A DNA stretch of 64,000 nt from the human T2T-CHM13v2.0 reference genome, Homo sapiens. Both the position numbers and the translations under genes were made by a program. Of this stretch, positions 44,930-56,675 are shown piece by piece. The stretch lies in assembly GCF_009914755.1 (NCBI RefSeq), contig NC_060939.1; one strand, given 5' to 3'. Within the stretch, counting starts at the first letter, position 1; every line of letters starts with the position of its first letter. The notes beneath the pieces were generated by a model that was not told the origin of the DNA, searched no databases, and saw only the letters and a program-made list of their open reading frames with translations.

Positions 44930-45214
44930 GGCTGGGCGTGGTGGCTCACGCCTGTAATCCCAGCACTTTGGGAGGCCGAGGTGGGCAGATCACTTGAGGT
45001 CAGGGGTTCCAGACCAGCCTGGCCAACATGGGGAAACCCCGTCTCTACTAAAACTACAAAAATTATCCAGGCGTGGTTGTAGGTGTCTATAATCCCTGTT
45101 ACTTGGGAGGCTGAGGCAGGAGAGGGAGGGGAAGGTTGGAGTGAGCTGAGATCACAACACTGCACTCCATCCTGGGTGACAGAGTGAGACTCTGTCAAAA
45201 GGAAAAAAAAAAAA
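44930..45214 (+). mobile_element. AluS SINE with a small deletion in the right arm
   Basis: GGCTGGGCGTGGTGGCTCACGCC...; GCAGGAGA joined to GGGAGG (ATCGCTTGAACC missing). Confidence 0.92.
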
Positions 45215-46254
45215 GCGTGGGTCATGGATATTTGGGGAAGCATGTATGGCTTTAAGTATCATGTTCTCAGAATGGTATTTGGAATTGACAATATCTAGAA
45301 AATAAGGTGATAAATTTGGGACAACAAAAACTTTACTTAAATTAATAATACTATATGTCAGAGCGCATAGGAATAATCATGGTGGTTAACTTTATACCCA
45401 TTTCTCAGATATGGAAACTTATATTCAGGTAGGTTAATTGCTTTTGGATAATGGCACAAGGTTAATGAGAGGAGGGAGGCTGGGACAAAACTGGGCTCCC
45501 TATTCTTCTTCTGGTGTAGTGTCACTATACTGAACAGTGTATATAGAAGCCAGGGATCATATTGGGCTGGCAGAAGGGGAAGTGACAAATTGTGGTCAAT
45601 GTAAGGTCCATGCAAGCCATTGAGCACATTTTCTGGGCATGGGCTCAGGAAGGCAGAAATGTGGGGGATGCAAGACCTAGAACTCATTTCAAACACTAGC
45701 TGAATGGTGCTCAGAACACTTGAATTGGCCCAGCATACATGTGATGAAGTGAGCCATACTCATTTCCACACAGGTTCTGTTGCTTCCAGTGAATGCTCAT
45801 CTCTGTTGCTTGTGTGTTTCTACATTTTCTCATGGGCTCCAGCCATTTCCTCAGATTCTCCACAGAGGGGATTCTAGGCAAGGAAGGAACAGTCTATGTG
45901 CAATCCCTGTCCGATGTGAAAGACACAGGGAAGAAACTTGGCCTCGTTAGAGTGCATGGCTGGGGCTGGGGTGCTGCTAGAAGTGCACATGGAGTGGCTA
46001 CCTGCTCCTCCCTTGTGCTCCTTCTACACATGCTGTTTGTGTCAAAATGGACACAAGTGCAGCATTAGAAGTCAACATGCAGTTACCAGCCCTGGTGTCT
46101 GTGAAGGAAGAACTAGGACTCATATTCATCAGCAAATGCAGCTGAATATGGTCACAGCTGTTCTTGGTGGGTCACCTGGCACTTTGGGTTGTAGTTTTAT
46201 CAACAGAAACAGAAGTTTAGCTACTCAGTGGTAGAACAAAAATTCTGGAGGTCA

Positions 46255-46500
46255 TATGGTGTGGTGAGTGAGGGCACAGTTGTTTTTGGTCACATAGGCC
46301 TGCATTCTGGCACATAGTAGCTCTGTGATCTTAGGCAAGTTTCTAAATCTTTTTTTTTTTTCTCACTTTCCTCCTCTGTAAAATGGGGATAATAGTGACT
46401 ACATCAGAGAGTTGTTGAGAGGGGAAATGGGAGGATGTATGGAAAGTACTTGGCAATGGGTTTGACATGTAAGTGTTCACCAAAGGGTAGCACCACCATC
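46255..46500 (+). mobile_element. MIR SINE
   Basis: CTGTGATCTTAGGCAAGTT...TTTCCTCCTCTGTAAAATGGGGATAATAG. Confidence 0.8.
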
Positions 46501-49359
46501 ATCACCATGAGAGTTCAGATTTACTGTGGGACTGGAATTGAGACTAGGAGAAAGGACAAGTTTAAGTCACCCTTAGGTTATGATATTGGTGATTACAGAG
46601 AACAAAAAAAGAAAGAACGAAAGGACAAAGGAAGGAAGTAAAGAAGAAAGAAAACAGCCACAAGCTCTTCTCTAATCCTGCCTTCACCTTTTTAGTATAT
46701 ATACATGTATATAATGGTGAGTTCAATCTGTCTTTACATCAGCTGATGCTTTAAGTCATTGTGTTCCCCATTAGGAAAGATGATGGTGGAAATGATTCCG
46801 TGGCTGTACTTACTCGAGTATGATTTAATATTTGCTGGGAGGACATATCCACTTTCATCACAGCTTGTATCAGACCAGATATACAAAGACATCCCTCAAA
46901 GACCACATAGATAATCTTTTTAGATGTACAAAGCTGCTTTAGAATTCACAGAGCTCCCTGAGAAATAAGCAGAGGAAACATTGCTATCTGCATTTTATGC
47001 ATGGGAAAATTGATGCTTAGAGAACATAAAGCATGGGAAAGCCCCTAGCAAGTTGCGTAGCTCCCAGCAGATGCTGATTTCCTTCCTCATCATTCTACTG
47101 AGAAACGGTGAAGCTGGAATTAGTCCCTGAGTCCACTGGCTGCTGGTCTATGCTCTGTTCACCTCACAGCTGCCTTTCCCAATATCTTAACTTTGGGTTG
47201 GAAGAACACTTTTTTGAATGAAAGATCTTCAGACAGAAATCTCTCCTTGTGGTCTGGGGCTGGGAGTGGGTGCTCAAACCCTCTCTAGGCCCTTTGCCTA
47301 CCCTGGCCCAAGTTATTTGTGGAATGCAGGGTCCCTGATCCTAGCTAAAGCACCGCTGTCTTTACTGTGTGATGATCTATTATCATGCTTTTACTGAGTT
47401 TGAAATGGCATCAGACTTGCATGAGATTTCTCACCTGATTGCCAGGTGGTTCAGGAGCTGACAGCCCAGAAATTCCCTGGAAGTACCTGTATTTTGAGAA
47501 CTGTAGTGTGGGCATTTACAGAGCCTGATGTGAGCTGAGGCTATCCCAAGTGAATGAATGAACTGGATCACTGACTTCACTGCGTGTAGAACAAGTCACT
47601 GGTGTTTTCTTCAGTAGATAAGGCTCTTATTTATTCTTATTAATCATTCTCCCTCACCCCCAATTAATGCATCGGACAATGGATTTAGGGGGTTTGTGTC
47701 CATATTAAGAGTTCCATTTGTGAAAGAGAAAATATTATAAAACAATATAAACCTTAGAACCCCATATTTGTTTTGTTGCGACAAATTCTAAGTACTTCTC
47801 TGCACCTGGAGGTCTGTTGCTGAAAGAAACGGTTATCTAAAAATAGATTTGTTCTTGGAAACTGACTTAGAAGTTCTGTCAGGCTTTCTTTTTGCACAGG
47901 TCAGATTTCCACAGCCAGGCAGTTTGCCAGACAAGGCAGCCCTCACTCTTCTCCTCACCCTGTGTTCTCTGTGGCCTTGCTATCCAGATAGCTCCTTTCT
48001 TTCTGCACTCCCCTCTGGCCTCTGACCTCCAGATTGTTTCGGGGGAAGCTCCCATTTGGATAGCAAGGTACTGAGGATAAACTGGTGAGGAAGAGGGCGT
48101 AGAGCTCTCCACTACTGCTTCATAGCCTCTTAAACAATGCTAGGGGCTGGTTCTTCTTGAGTTCCAAAGGCCACTGCTTCTACCTTTAGCTTTTGAAAGA
48201 GAGATGGATCTTTCATTTACTTTTCTGTTTGCAACATAATGCCCATTTATTTACTCATTGGTTCATGTATTGAACATTCACATGTATAGATTTTTCAGCA
48301 GCTACTTTATGCCAGGGTCTGAAGACACAAAGTTTTACCAAGGCAAATTTCCTGCATTCCAGGAGCTCATTGTCCAGTGCATTATAGGACTCATTGTTCC
48401 TTTCACTGCAGGGAGGAACTATATCACGGAACCTCTTTTCCTATTCTTGGCTTGTATCCCCTCACTCCAAGCTCCCCCATCTCTCACACAGCCAGATCAC
48501 AGACAGCCTCCTGAACTAAGCCCTTCATTGCCCTTCGTCCATGAAGCTTCTCATGGTCACCCCCACTCGACACCTTCCTCTGGACATCTATCATGTTTTG
48601 ATTCACATGACTTTTATTTCTACATTTGTCACATATTTATGTATATGTCAATAAATCCAAAACTATAAGCAGGTTTCTATGTAATAGGTACTCAATAAAT
48701 ATTTGTTAAATGTCGAACACATGTTTCTATCTTTTATTTCTCTAAAAGCTGCTTTCAGCTAAAATGAGGGTGAGTGGCTGCCTGAAAAAGACATAGTGGG
48801 TCATTTCAAGGTTAGCAAAACAAAAGTCTTGGAAATGAAAGTGTTACAGCCCTTTGGGGCTATGCTGCCAGTCCTATGCACAAAAATAGTAGTGTGTGTT
48901 GTGTCGTGGTGCCAGAGAAGGGAAGAGAGTGGGATGGACTTTCCTTCTTCCATATGTAAAACGGTTTGCCCATCTTCTCTGGAGAAAAGATCTAGGTTTA
49001 CAAATATAATAACAATCCAATTAACCAAGCAGAAAAATATGGTCTTCTGGTAAATATTTAAGCAAAAAAAAATCCCTTTTTGTATTATTTCTTTTTGGAC
49101 AGTTTGCCAAAATGTCCACTTCTGTGGTTTATGAAATACATTAGAGGGGCTATGATGGTAACTAAAGACTTTCAATACATTTGGCTCATCATTTTAAACA
49201 TTAATCATGAGTGTGCTGTATTATGGGCATAGGTATAAAAGGTATAAGAAATCGCGTCGCATTTATATTGAGCCCAGGCTAAATGTTGTTAGATTTTTAA
49301 AAAAGAGAATCTTTGAGAGCATCTTATTTTATGTAAGTGTGATTTTCTAGAAGAATAAT

Positions 49360-49532
49360 GGGTGTTAGCGATAACTGGATTCGTGTCTCAGCTCTTCTCT
49401 TTCTGTGGGGCCTTGAATGTCTTCAAGAGTCAGTTTTCTCATATGTAAATGGAAACAATAATAACCACATTTTCCTCCATGGGTTGTCAGATGGATTCAA
49501 TAAGATACTATACAAAAAGCACATTGCATAGC
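49360..49532 (+). mobile_element. MIR SINE abutting the left palindrome arm
   Basis: TCAGTTTTCTCATATGTAAATGGAAACAATAATA...CCATGGGTTGT. Confidence 0.65.
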
Positions 49533-49716
49533 CTGAGTTATCCAGTTATCTGGAGCTCTACAGACCTATCCAAAGATTAAAAAACTTGAGAGCCAGACCT
49601 CGTCAATAAAATGTAGCCCTTGGAAAGGTTCTATAGCTACTCCAAGTAAAACCTACATTGTCTGTGACCCATCTAATGACAATCTTTCATCAGACAGATA
49701 CATTTGGGATTTTATT

Positions 49717-50259
49717 CTATTTTTAATATATTTTTATTTTACTTTGAGTTTGGCATACAAGTGCAGAAAGTGTAGGTTTGTTACATACACGTTCTGTGCC
49801 ATGTACACATAGGTATACATGTGCCATGGTGGTTTGCTGCACCTATCAACCCGTTATCTAGGTTTTCAGCCCTATGTGCATTAGCTATTTGTCTAATGCT
49901 CTCCTTCCCCTTCCCCGCCACCCCCATCAGGCCCCGGTGTGTGGTGTTCCCCTCCCCGTGTCCATGTGTTCTCATTGTTCAACTCCCACTTGAGTGAGAA
50001 TATACGGTGTTTGATTTTCTCTTCCTGTGTTAGTTTGCTGAGGATGATGGCTTCTAGCTTCATCCATGTCCCTGCAAAGGACATAATCTCATTCCTTTTT
50101 ATGGCTGCATAGTATTCCATGGTGTATATGTACTACATTTTCTTTATCCAGTCTATCATTGATGGGCATTTGGGTTAGTTCCATGACTTTGCTACTGTAA
50201 ATAGTGCTGCAATAAACATACATATGCATGTGTCTCTATAGTAGAATGATTTATATTTC
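49717..50259 (-). mobile_element. 5'-truncated L1PA (L1PA8-like) 3' end
   Basis: L1 3'UTR and ORF2 tail ([23 protein letters not shown]); TSD TTTGGG(A/T)TTTTATT at 49703-49716 and 50260-50273. Confidence 0.88.
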
Positions 50260-50308
50260 TTTGGGTTTTTATTTTTATGGCTATATTTTTATTTTGTTTT
50301 TATGATCA

Positions 50309-50430
50309 TGTAACAGGTTGAATAGTATACCTCCAAATTGCTCTGTACTCGGAACCTCAAAATGTGACCTTATTTGGGAATAGAGTCTACATAAATATTA
50401 GTTATGATAATAATGGTGATGATGAGGATA
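50309..50430 (+). mobile_element. MLT1C-like LTR 5' fragment, mirroring the adjacent LTR's 5' end
   Basis: TGTAACAGG...GAACCTCAAAATGTGACCTTATTTGGGAATAG...GATGAGGATA. Confidence 0.75.
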
Positions 50431-50435
50431 TAGTC

Positions 50436-50867
50436 TGTATTAGCTTTACACGGTTGCTGTAACAAATTGCCACAGACCAGGTGGCTTAAGGCCACAGAAA
50501 TGTATTCTTTCACAGTACCAGAGGCCAGAAGTCTGAAATCAAATTGTCAGCAAGGTTAGTTTCTTTTGAAGTCTCTGAGCAAGAAACCAACCCAGACCTC
50601 TCTCCTAGCTTCTGATAGTTGCCAGCAATCCTTGGCGTCCTTGGCTTGTGGGTGCATCTCTCTAATCCCTGCCTCCATCTTCCCACGGCAGTCTCCTCTT
50701 TGTGTATCACTCTGTTGCTATTGTCTTGTAAGGTCACCAGTTATTGGATTTAGGGCCCACTCTAATCCAGTATCCTCATCTTAATTACATCTTCAAAGAC
50801 CCTATTTCCACATAAGGTCACATTTTGAGGTTCTCAGTAGAGAGGAATTTTGGGGGACACTGCTACA
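50436..50867 (-). mobile_element. MLT1C-like MaLR solo LTR, complete
   Basis: TGTATTAG...GGTGGCTTAA...CAGAAGTCTGAAATCAA...TAAGGTCACATTTTGAGGTTC...CTACA; 5-bp TSD TAGTC at 50431-50435 and 50868-50872. Confidence 0.88.
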
Positions 50868-53800
50868 TAGTCATAAAAAACAAAATAAGAATATAGGCAT
50901 AAAAATAAAATTCTAAACATACCTGTCTGATGAAAGATTCTAATTAGATTGGTCATGACCAATGTAGGTTTTATCTGGAGTAGCTATGGAACCTTTCCAA
51001 GGGATGTATTTTATTGACAAATTCCAGTTTTCAAGTTTTTTTCAATCTTTGGGTAGGTCTGTAGGGCCCTAGAAAACTGGATAATTCATGAGAAAAATCC
51101 TGTTTTTCTGCCTCACCCAGTTTATGGTTTAGTCTTATCCTCGCTCATCTCAGTATGAGATGCCATATCTTTATTCAGCACCATCAGAGAAATAGAGGGT
51201 TTTGGCCAAAGTCTCTTGTTGGTGAGAGTATCCATGAATCCCCCACTTGTAGCTAGCTCAGGAAGAATTTTCAGTACTGTAAAATTCATGAAACATGGAC
51301 ACACTGATGAATGTAATATGGTCCTGCTTTAATGATTCAGAAGCACATCAAGGTTATGCTTTAAGGCCATAATTTTGAGCAACAGTCTTAACTGCAGTAG
51401 AAATATGTGGATGATGGCTAATAGAAAATCTCCATTAACCAACAGCTAGACTGGAAGGGACTAGCTCTTTTTCCCTTCACTTAAAAGTTAATAAATAAGT
51501 GAATTGGGATGGCAATTAAGCTCACCCTTTTTGCTTTATACGCCAATATTTCTGTACATGATTGTAGTCTCTGGGTAGGGTTGAGGATGCTGTATCAGAG
51601 ACCACGAGAGGATTTTCCTGGTGGCACAACTTCAGGGCCAACATTGCCCTGGGAATTTTTTTCTCATTCTCCATGCATCTCCAAAAATGATGCACTCATT
51701 CTGGAGAAAAGGATATTATCACCTCTACAGAGATATAAGATGTATTGCTTTAATGCTCATGCAGTTTGGATGGGTTGGGATGCTTAGATAAAATACTATA
51801 CAAAAATACAAAACAGTGCTCATTGGAATTTCAAATCATCTCCCCTGCACCCTTTTAAACTACTTTATATTTATTGGTTATGTCCTGCTGGGGCCATTAG
51901 ACCTTTGATTGTATAGTGTTTCCTTTTTACACCTCTATTTTCACGTATTTTTGACATAGGGAGTATGTTTTCAAGCCAGAGGGGATTTTACCTTAAACAA
52001 AATGTGAGGGAAAAAACTAGCCACAATTAAAATTAAAGAAGTTAGTGTTTTCAGATAGTATTTTGTACCTCTATAACTTAACATGAGATTTTAAAAAATA
52101 TAATATTGTTGATTTACACATTATCAGATATTTGTATTAGGATTTGGGACCTAAAACAAGGAAGTGATTAGTCATTCATAGTGGGAAACAAAGTCTATAG
52201 AGATGACCAGTTTGGAATAATTAATGTTGTCACAGAGACAAGGCTGCAAACATCTGTGTTCATTCCTAGTATCAACATCATTTTGTTACATAGGTGCTTG
52301 CTCTATAGCTTTCCTTACAGCTATTTTTATCTTTTCTTTTTAAATTTTAGCTTTTTATTATCAAGAATATTGGCTTAAGCTAAACAGCCCCAGCATAAAT
52401 CCAGTGATCTGAGAAATTTTGGGTTGAATTTAACACACCGCAAAGGAAAGGCAGGATATTCTCTTAGGATAGTCTCCACACCTATAGGTTCAAAATTTTC
52501 CTTCAGAGCTGCACAGAAAATAAGTAATAGATCTGTTAGAATTGAAGACAGGGTTTCATCTGAAAATGTCTCTATTCTCTATACTTTGAGGGCCCTTAAA
52601 TTCAAATACAAGGCTTGTGAGGCAAAAAGGCATGCAAACCCAGACTAGTAATAATTTGCCTATGCTTCTAACACCTTTGCCCTAAGTAATCCCACAGAGC
52701 TAAACTTACACTCCTTCAAATATAGGAAAAATGAGCTCATTAAATTTTAATCATCAATATGCTGCAACTAATTATAATGTGTCTTGTCTTAACTCATGAC
52801 TGCTGTATAATAAATTCAATTACTTTGGTTTTCTTTTCTATTCACATAAACTGATCTCCAGTGAAAGGAGAGTTGCAAACTCCCATGAATGAAGGGAATG
52901 AGTAACCCTTAATTTTCAAATCGTGACCTCATTAGAGCATGTGTGTATGTGTGTGTGCACGCGTGTGTAAAATTTGTTTTTCTAAGGAGGAGAAAGTCAA
53001 CACTTTGATAATTAGACACCCCCCTTCTTGGGCCTCGAGGGTGTCCTAATAAAGAAAATTTTATACATTGATGTGCTTCTCATCTCTTCATTTCTTTGTT
53101 CTATCATCCTGTTGTTAATAGCACCCTGCAGCAAAAAAAAATGTTTGTGAAGCTAAGAGCTGTCCAGATAAGAGAAAAGGTCATGATCTCCCTCCTGCGT
53201 GTTCATCAGCCAACGAACAACAATCTGAAAGTAAGAGGATGTCTGTCAATATGGAGTGGGCAGGCAGCAGCGTGCCATCAAATTGAAGGCAGTGAATGCT
53301 CACACAGTTGTACTGGGCTCCAACCTTAACCAAAAATCAATAATCACCAAAGTATTACAATATGAAGTGACTGAATCATGGGAGGCAGTGGTGGAGGGAG
53401 AGAACATATGTGTGAAGCTTTGTAAATGCTAAGAATGAGGAACGTGGGCTATTTCTCACCATCTTAAGATTTCTAAGATAAGTGTGTTAGAGACAACTAA
53501 TTGAATGAAGTAGAGTCAGAGAATCCCAGACACACCCCATTTCATTAATGTACAGTGTGGCAGATTTTTAAAATGAGCTTCCAACTTCTGTAAAATGGAG
53601 AAATGAAGTCACTCGCTTCATTTCAGGCTCAAATTTTGAGTCCAAGGAGTAACATTAATTTGTGTATATCTTATTATCATTAACTTAGATAATCGGATAA
53701 ACAGCAACTGTGTCATAGGACAAATGATATTCTTATGACGAGGTTTCAAAAATATCCTCGTGGCCAGATTTTAAAATAACTGAGTGAAGCGTCATCATTT

Positions 53801-54279
53801 TTTCCAGATTAGTTCAAACAAAGTCCCTGTCTTTCTTTCCTCTGAGCAGTGAGAAAATGCTCCTCTTCCAAGAAGACTTCTTTGATCCATTGGAGTTAAG
53901 GGAAGGATTTCCTCCTCTTTAGGCATAAAAACCAATTGTTTTCAGGCAACAGGGATGAATCTAACAGAAAAAATTGAATAATAAACAATAAACAATGTAA
54001 AATTTAAAAGGAAAATAATACAGAACTTCTTTACTTACGTATATTTACTGGCTGCTTCCTATAAGTATGCGTCACTCTCCTGTTTATAACTCATGAATAG
54101 TAATTCTTTTGAGAGAGAAAAACTGCGGCAACGAAACCACAAAACACGTTGTTAGGGCAAATGCATTTGGTAATAATGAGAGCTTTGTTTTCCACTTTTC
54201 TTTAAAAGTGGAACTTTTTCTCCCTTTATACTAATCCACTTATTTCACTCTTTTCTGTTTTGTCTATCCCTCTATGTAT

Positions 54280-54385
54280 ATATGTGTCTATCTATCTACT
54301 ATTTGCCATCTGTCTACCAATCTATTTATTTATCTACCTACCATCTCTCTATCCTCTATCTATCCATCTATCTACTATCTATCTA

Positions 54386-54440
<55 letters not shown>

Positions 54441-54450
54441 ACCTATCTAT
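54280..54450 (+). repeat. (TCTA)n / GATA tetranucleotide STR with degenerate flank
   Basis: Pure (TCTA)13 at 54387-54438. Confidence 0.95.
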
Positions 54451-56109
54451 TTCTAGTTCCAGCCCCACTGAGAAGTCTGGCACTGAGGTCTTTTCTCTCC
54501 CAGCCATATTATAAGCACAATCCTAGGGCCTTATAAGCAAAAGCATCCAGCTCTAAATAAAAAGTCTAAGAACACTGGATGCAATTAAATATTCAAGTTC
54601 TGTAAGTTTCAGCTTTATTTGAGCCTGAAAAGTATAGAACCGAGAGAAGGTTGTTTGCTTGTCTTTATGTTTTGATGTGCCTGATCATTCACAGAGTTTA
54701 GTCAGTTCACAGAAAAATCCCACCTTGAAATTCTCTTTTAATTATTATCTCTTTTACAGCTCAAGATTCCTGGCATCTCCTTTGGTGACTACCACCCCTC
54801 ACTCCACACACAAACACACATGTGCAGAGAACAAATATACCTCCAATACACCTTTATCAAAAATATAGAGTAAATAAAAAATCAAGACATGAAGAATGTA
54901 CCTGCTGGAAATGACTGTTTTTTTTTTATCCTGAATTTCCAAAAGAAACTGCTGATCAATTGTGAAGAATGTGGTTGCAATAAAAGTGAATATTAAGTGG
55001 AGGTGCAGTGGGGGCAGGGAGTGAAGACCAACTAAACCACAGTACCTGGTGAGGGTGCAGTTTGGGGCCTCTCTTGGTGGCTGCCCAGTACCCTTTGAAG
55101 TGCATATGCTGCATGGATGCATGGGTGCCTGGAGCTCAGCTAGAATGCCAAATCCATTCTTTCCTCTCTCTCCCTTTCTGTTGCAGAGACAGAGGCAAGG
55201 GCAAAAATCGTTGCAGCTCTCGTATTATGAACCAGGATGTTTATTGGTGATTTCTCTATAATTTGCAGGGAGAAATAGAATACGATCTAAGAACATTGGA
55301 TTCAACTAAATATTCAAGCTTTAGGGTTAATAAACTTGAAAAGATTTTATGTAAGAATAATGATGGCTTTATCTTTATTGCACAATACACAGGTTTTTAA
55401 AAAATAAAATACTGTCGAGCCTAATTTCTTAGCCTATACTTCGGGACCAAGAGTCTTTCCAAGGTCTGGGGCAAGCTACTTGGTGAGTGCTGGTAAAGGA
55501 GTCTACTGCATCCCAAGGCACACTGGGAACACTGGTGAAGTTGAAGAGTGAAAGGTGCGGGGAATGGAGTTTTCTCTTTCGATTAACAGCTGCTTAAGCA
55601 GCCATCTAGAGAAAGCTTTTACAGAAAAATTCAGGTCAACCTATACCAGGTCAACTTCTATGCCTTGAAGAATAAGAATACAGCATTCCCATTCAGCACA
55701 TAATACAATGCTCTTCACACAGAAATAAATCAATAAATGCTGTTGACTGGTGTCTGACTTTACTTAATGTCTACCCTTTTCGTGCCTCAAACTGCTTTGA
55801 CAGTATTCATTCACGGAGTTTTTGAGTAACCCTCTCTAACACACAAAATATCTCTCCTTCCTCATAATTACACAAACAAGGCAAAGGAGTCAGGAGACTG
55901 GGTTCTTTCTAGGCCTCCACCTATCACTAACATTGGCAGTCATATCACCTCTATGTTGCCACAATTTATTCCCTGTGAAACAGTGTATTTGAACCAAGCA
56001 ACTTTGAAAGTTAAGATTTCTTCCAGTTCCAAAATTAAATCTTGAACGCTGATGACAATGTTGCTGCAATAAATGCAATAATATCTCTCTGCACTGTTAT
56101 TGCAGTACC

Positions 56110-56370
56110 ATAGTCATTATTATCATCACCAAGTCCAGTGTTGTCTGTGCTTAGCACTTTACATATATGAGCTCACTTAATCCTCACCTGAGGCTTAGGA
56201 AGTAGTTACTATTACTACCTGCATTTTACAGACAAGGAAACAGGCAGAGAGAAGCTCAGTAACTTGCTGGAGGTCACACAGCTGTTAGCGACGGGGCTGT
56301 TAGTTGTTGTCCATTCAGTTAGATTTCAAACTCTTAAAGTTATGTTTTCTGCTTTTACTATTACCCTGCA
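56110..56370 (-). mobile_element. MIR SINE
   Basis: TTAATCCTCAC...CATTTTACAGACAAGGAAACAGGCAGAGA...GAGGTCACACAGCT. Confidence 0.8.
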
Positions 56371-56613
56371 GTCCCACTTTCAACATGCCCATGCATGTAC
56401 ACACATACACACATGCATATGCACACACCACACTACACAGCCTTGCCCCTGGGTGATCCTTGGTATATTTCAGATACTTGAACCCATAAAACTCTAAAAC
56501 TGAAATTAAACCCAATCTATTAATTTATAGGAACAGTGAATTAAATCAGCCACAATATCAATTTATCCTAATATATAACCCATAACAAGAATTTTCTTTG
56601 TTTCCCCAAAGTG

Positions 56614-56675
56614 TTCCAATTTATATAAGTGACGAGATTCCAAATTATATAAGTGACTGGAATTATATAAATGAC
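56614..56675 (+). repeat. Short imperfect tandem repeat, 3 x TTATATAA(G/A)TGAC
   Basis: Cores at 56621, 56645 and 56663. Confidence 0.8.

Larger units (their letters stand above)
49534..51088. repeat. Long inverted repeat with ~220-bp arms at ~80% identity: left 49534-49716 plus 50274-50308, right 50868-51088
   Basis: CCCTTGGAAAGGTTCTATAGCTACTCCA (left) vs TGGAGTAGCTATGGAACCTTTCCAAGGG (right); AATCTTTCATCAGACAG vs CTGTCTGATGAAAGATT; CTACAGACCTA.CCAAAGATT vs AATCTTTGG.TAGGTCTGTAG. Confidence 0.92.

Noticed and set aside
54260-54514. ORFs with IYLS repeats
   Set aside because: Translation of the (TCTA)n microsatellite.
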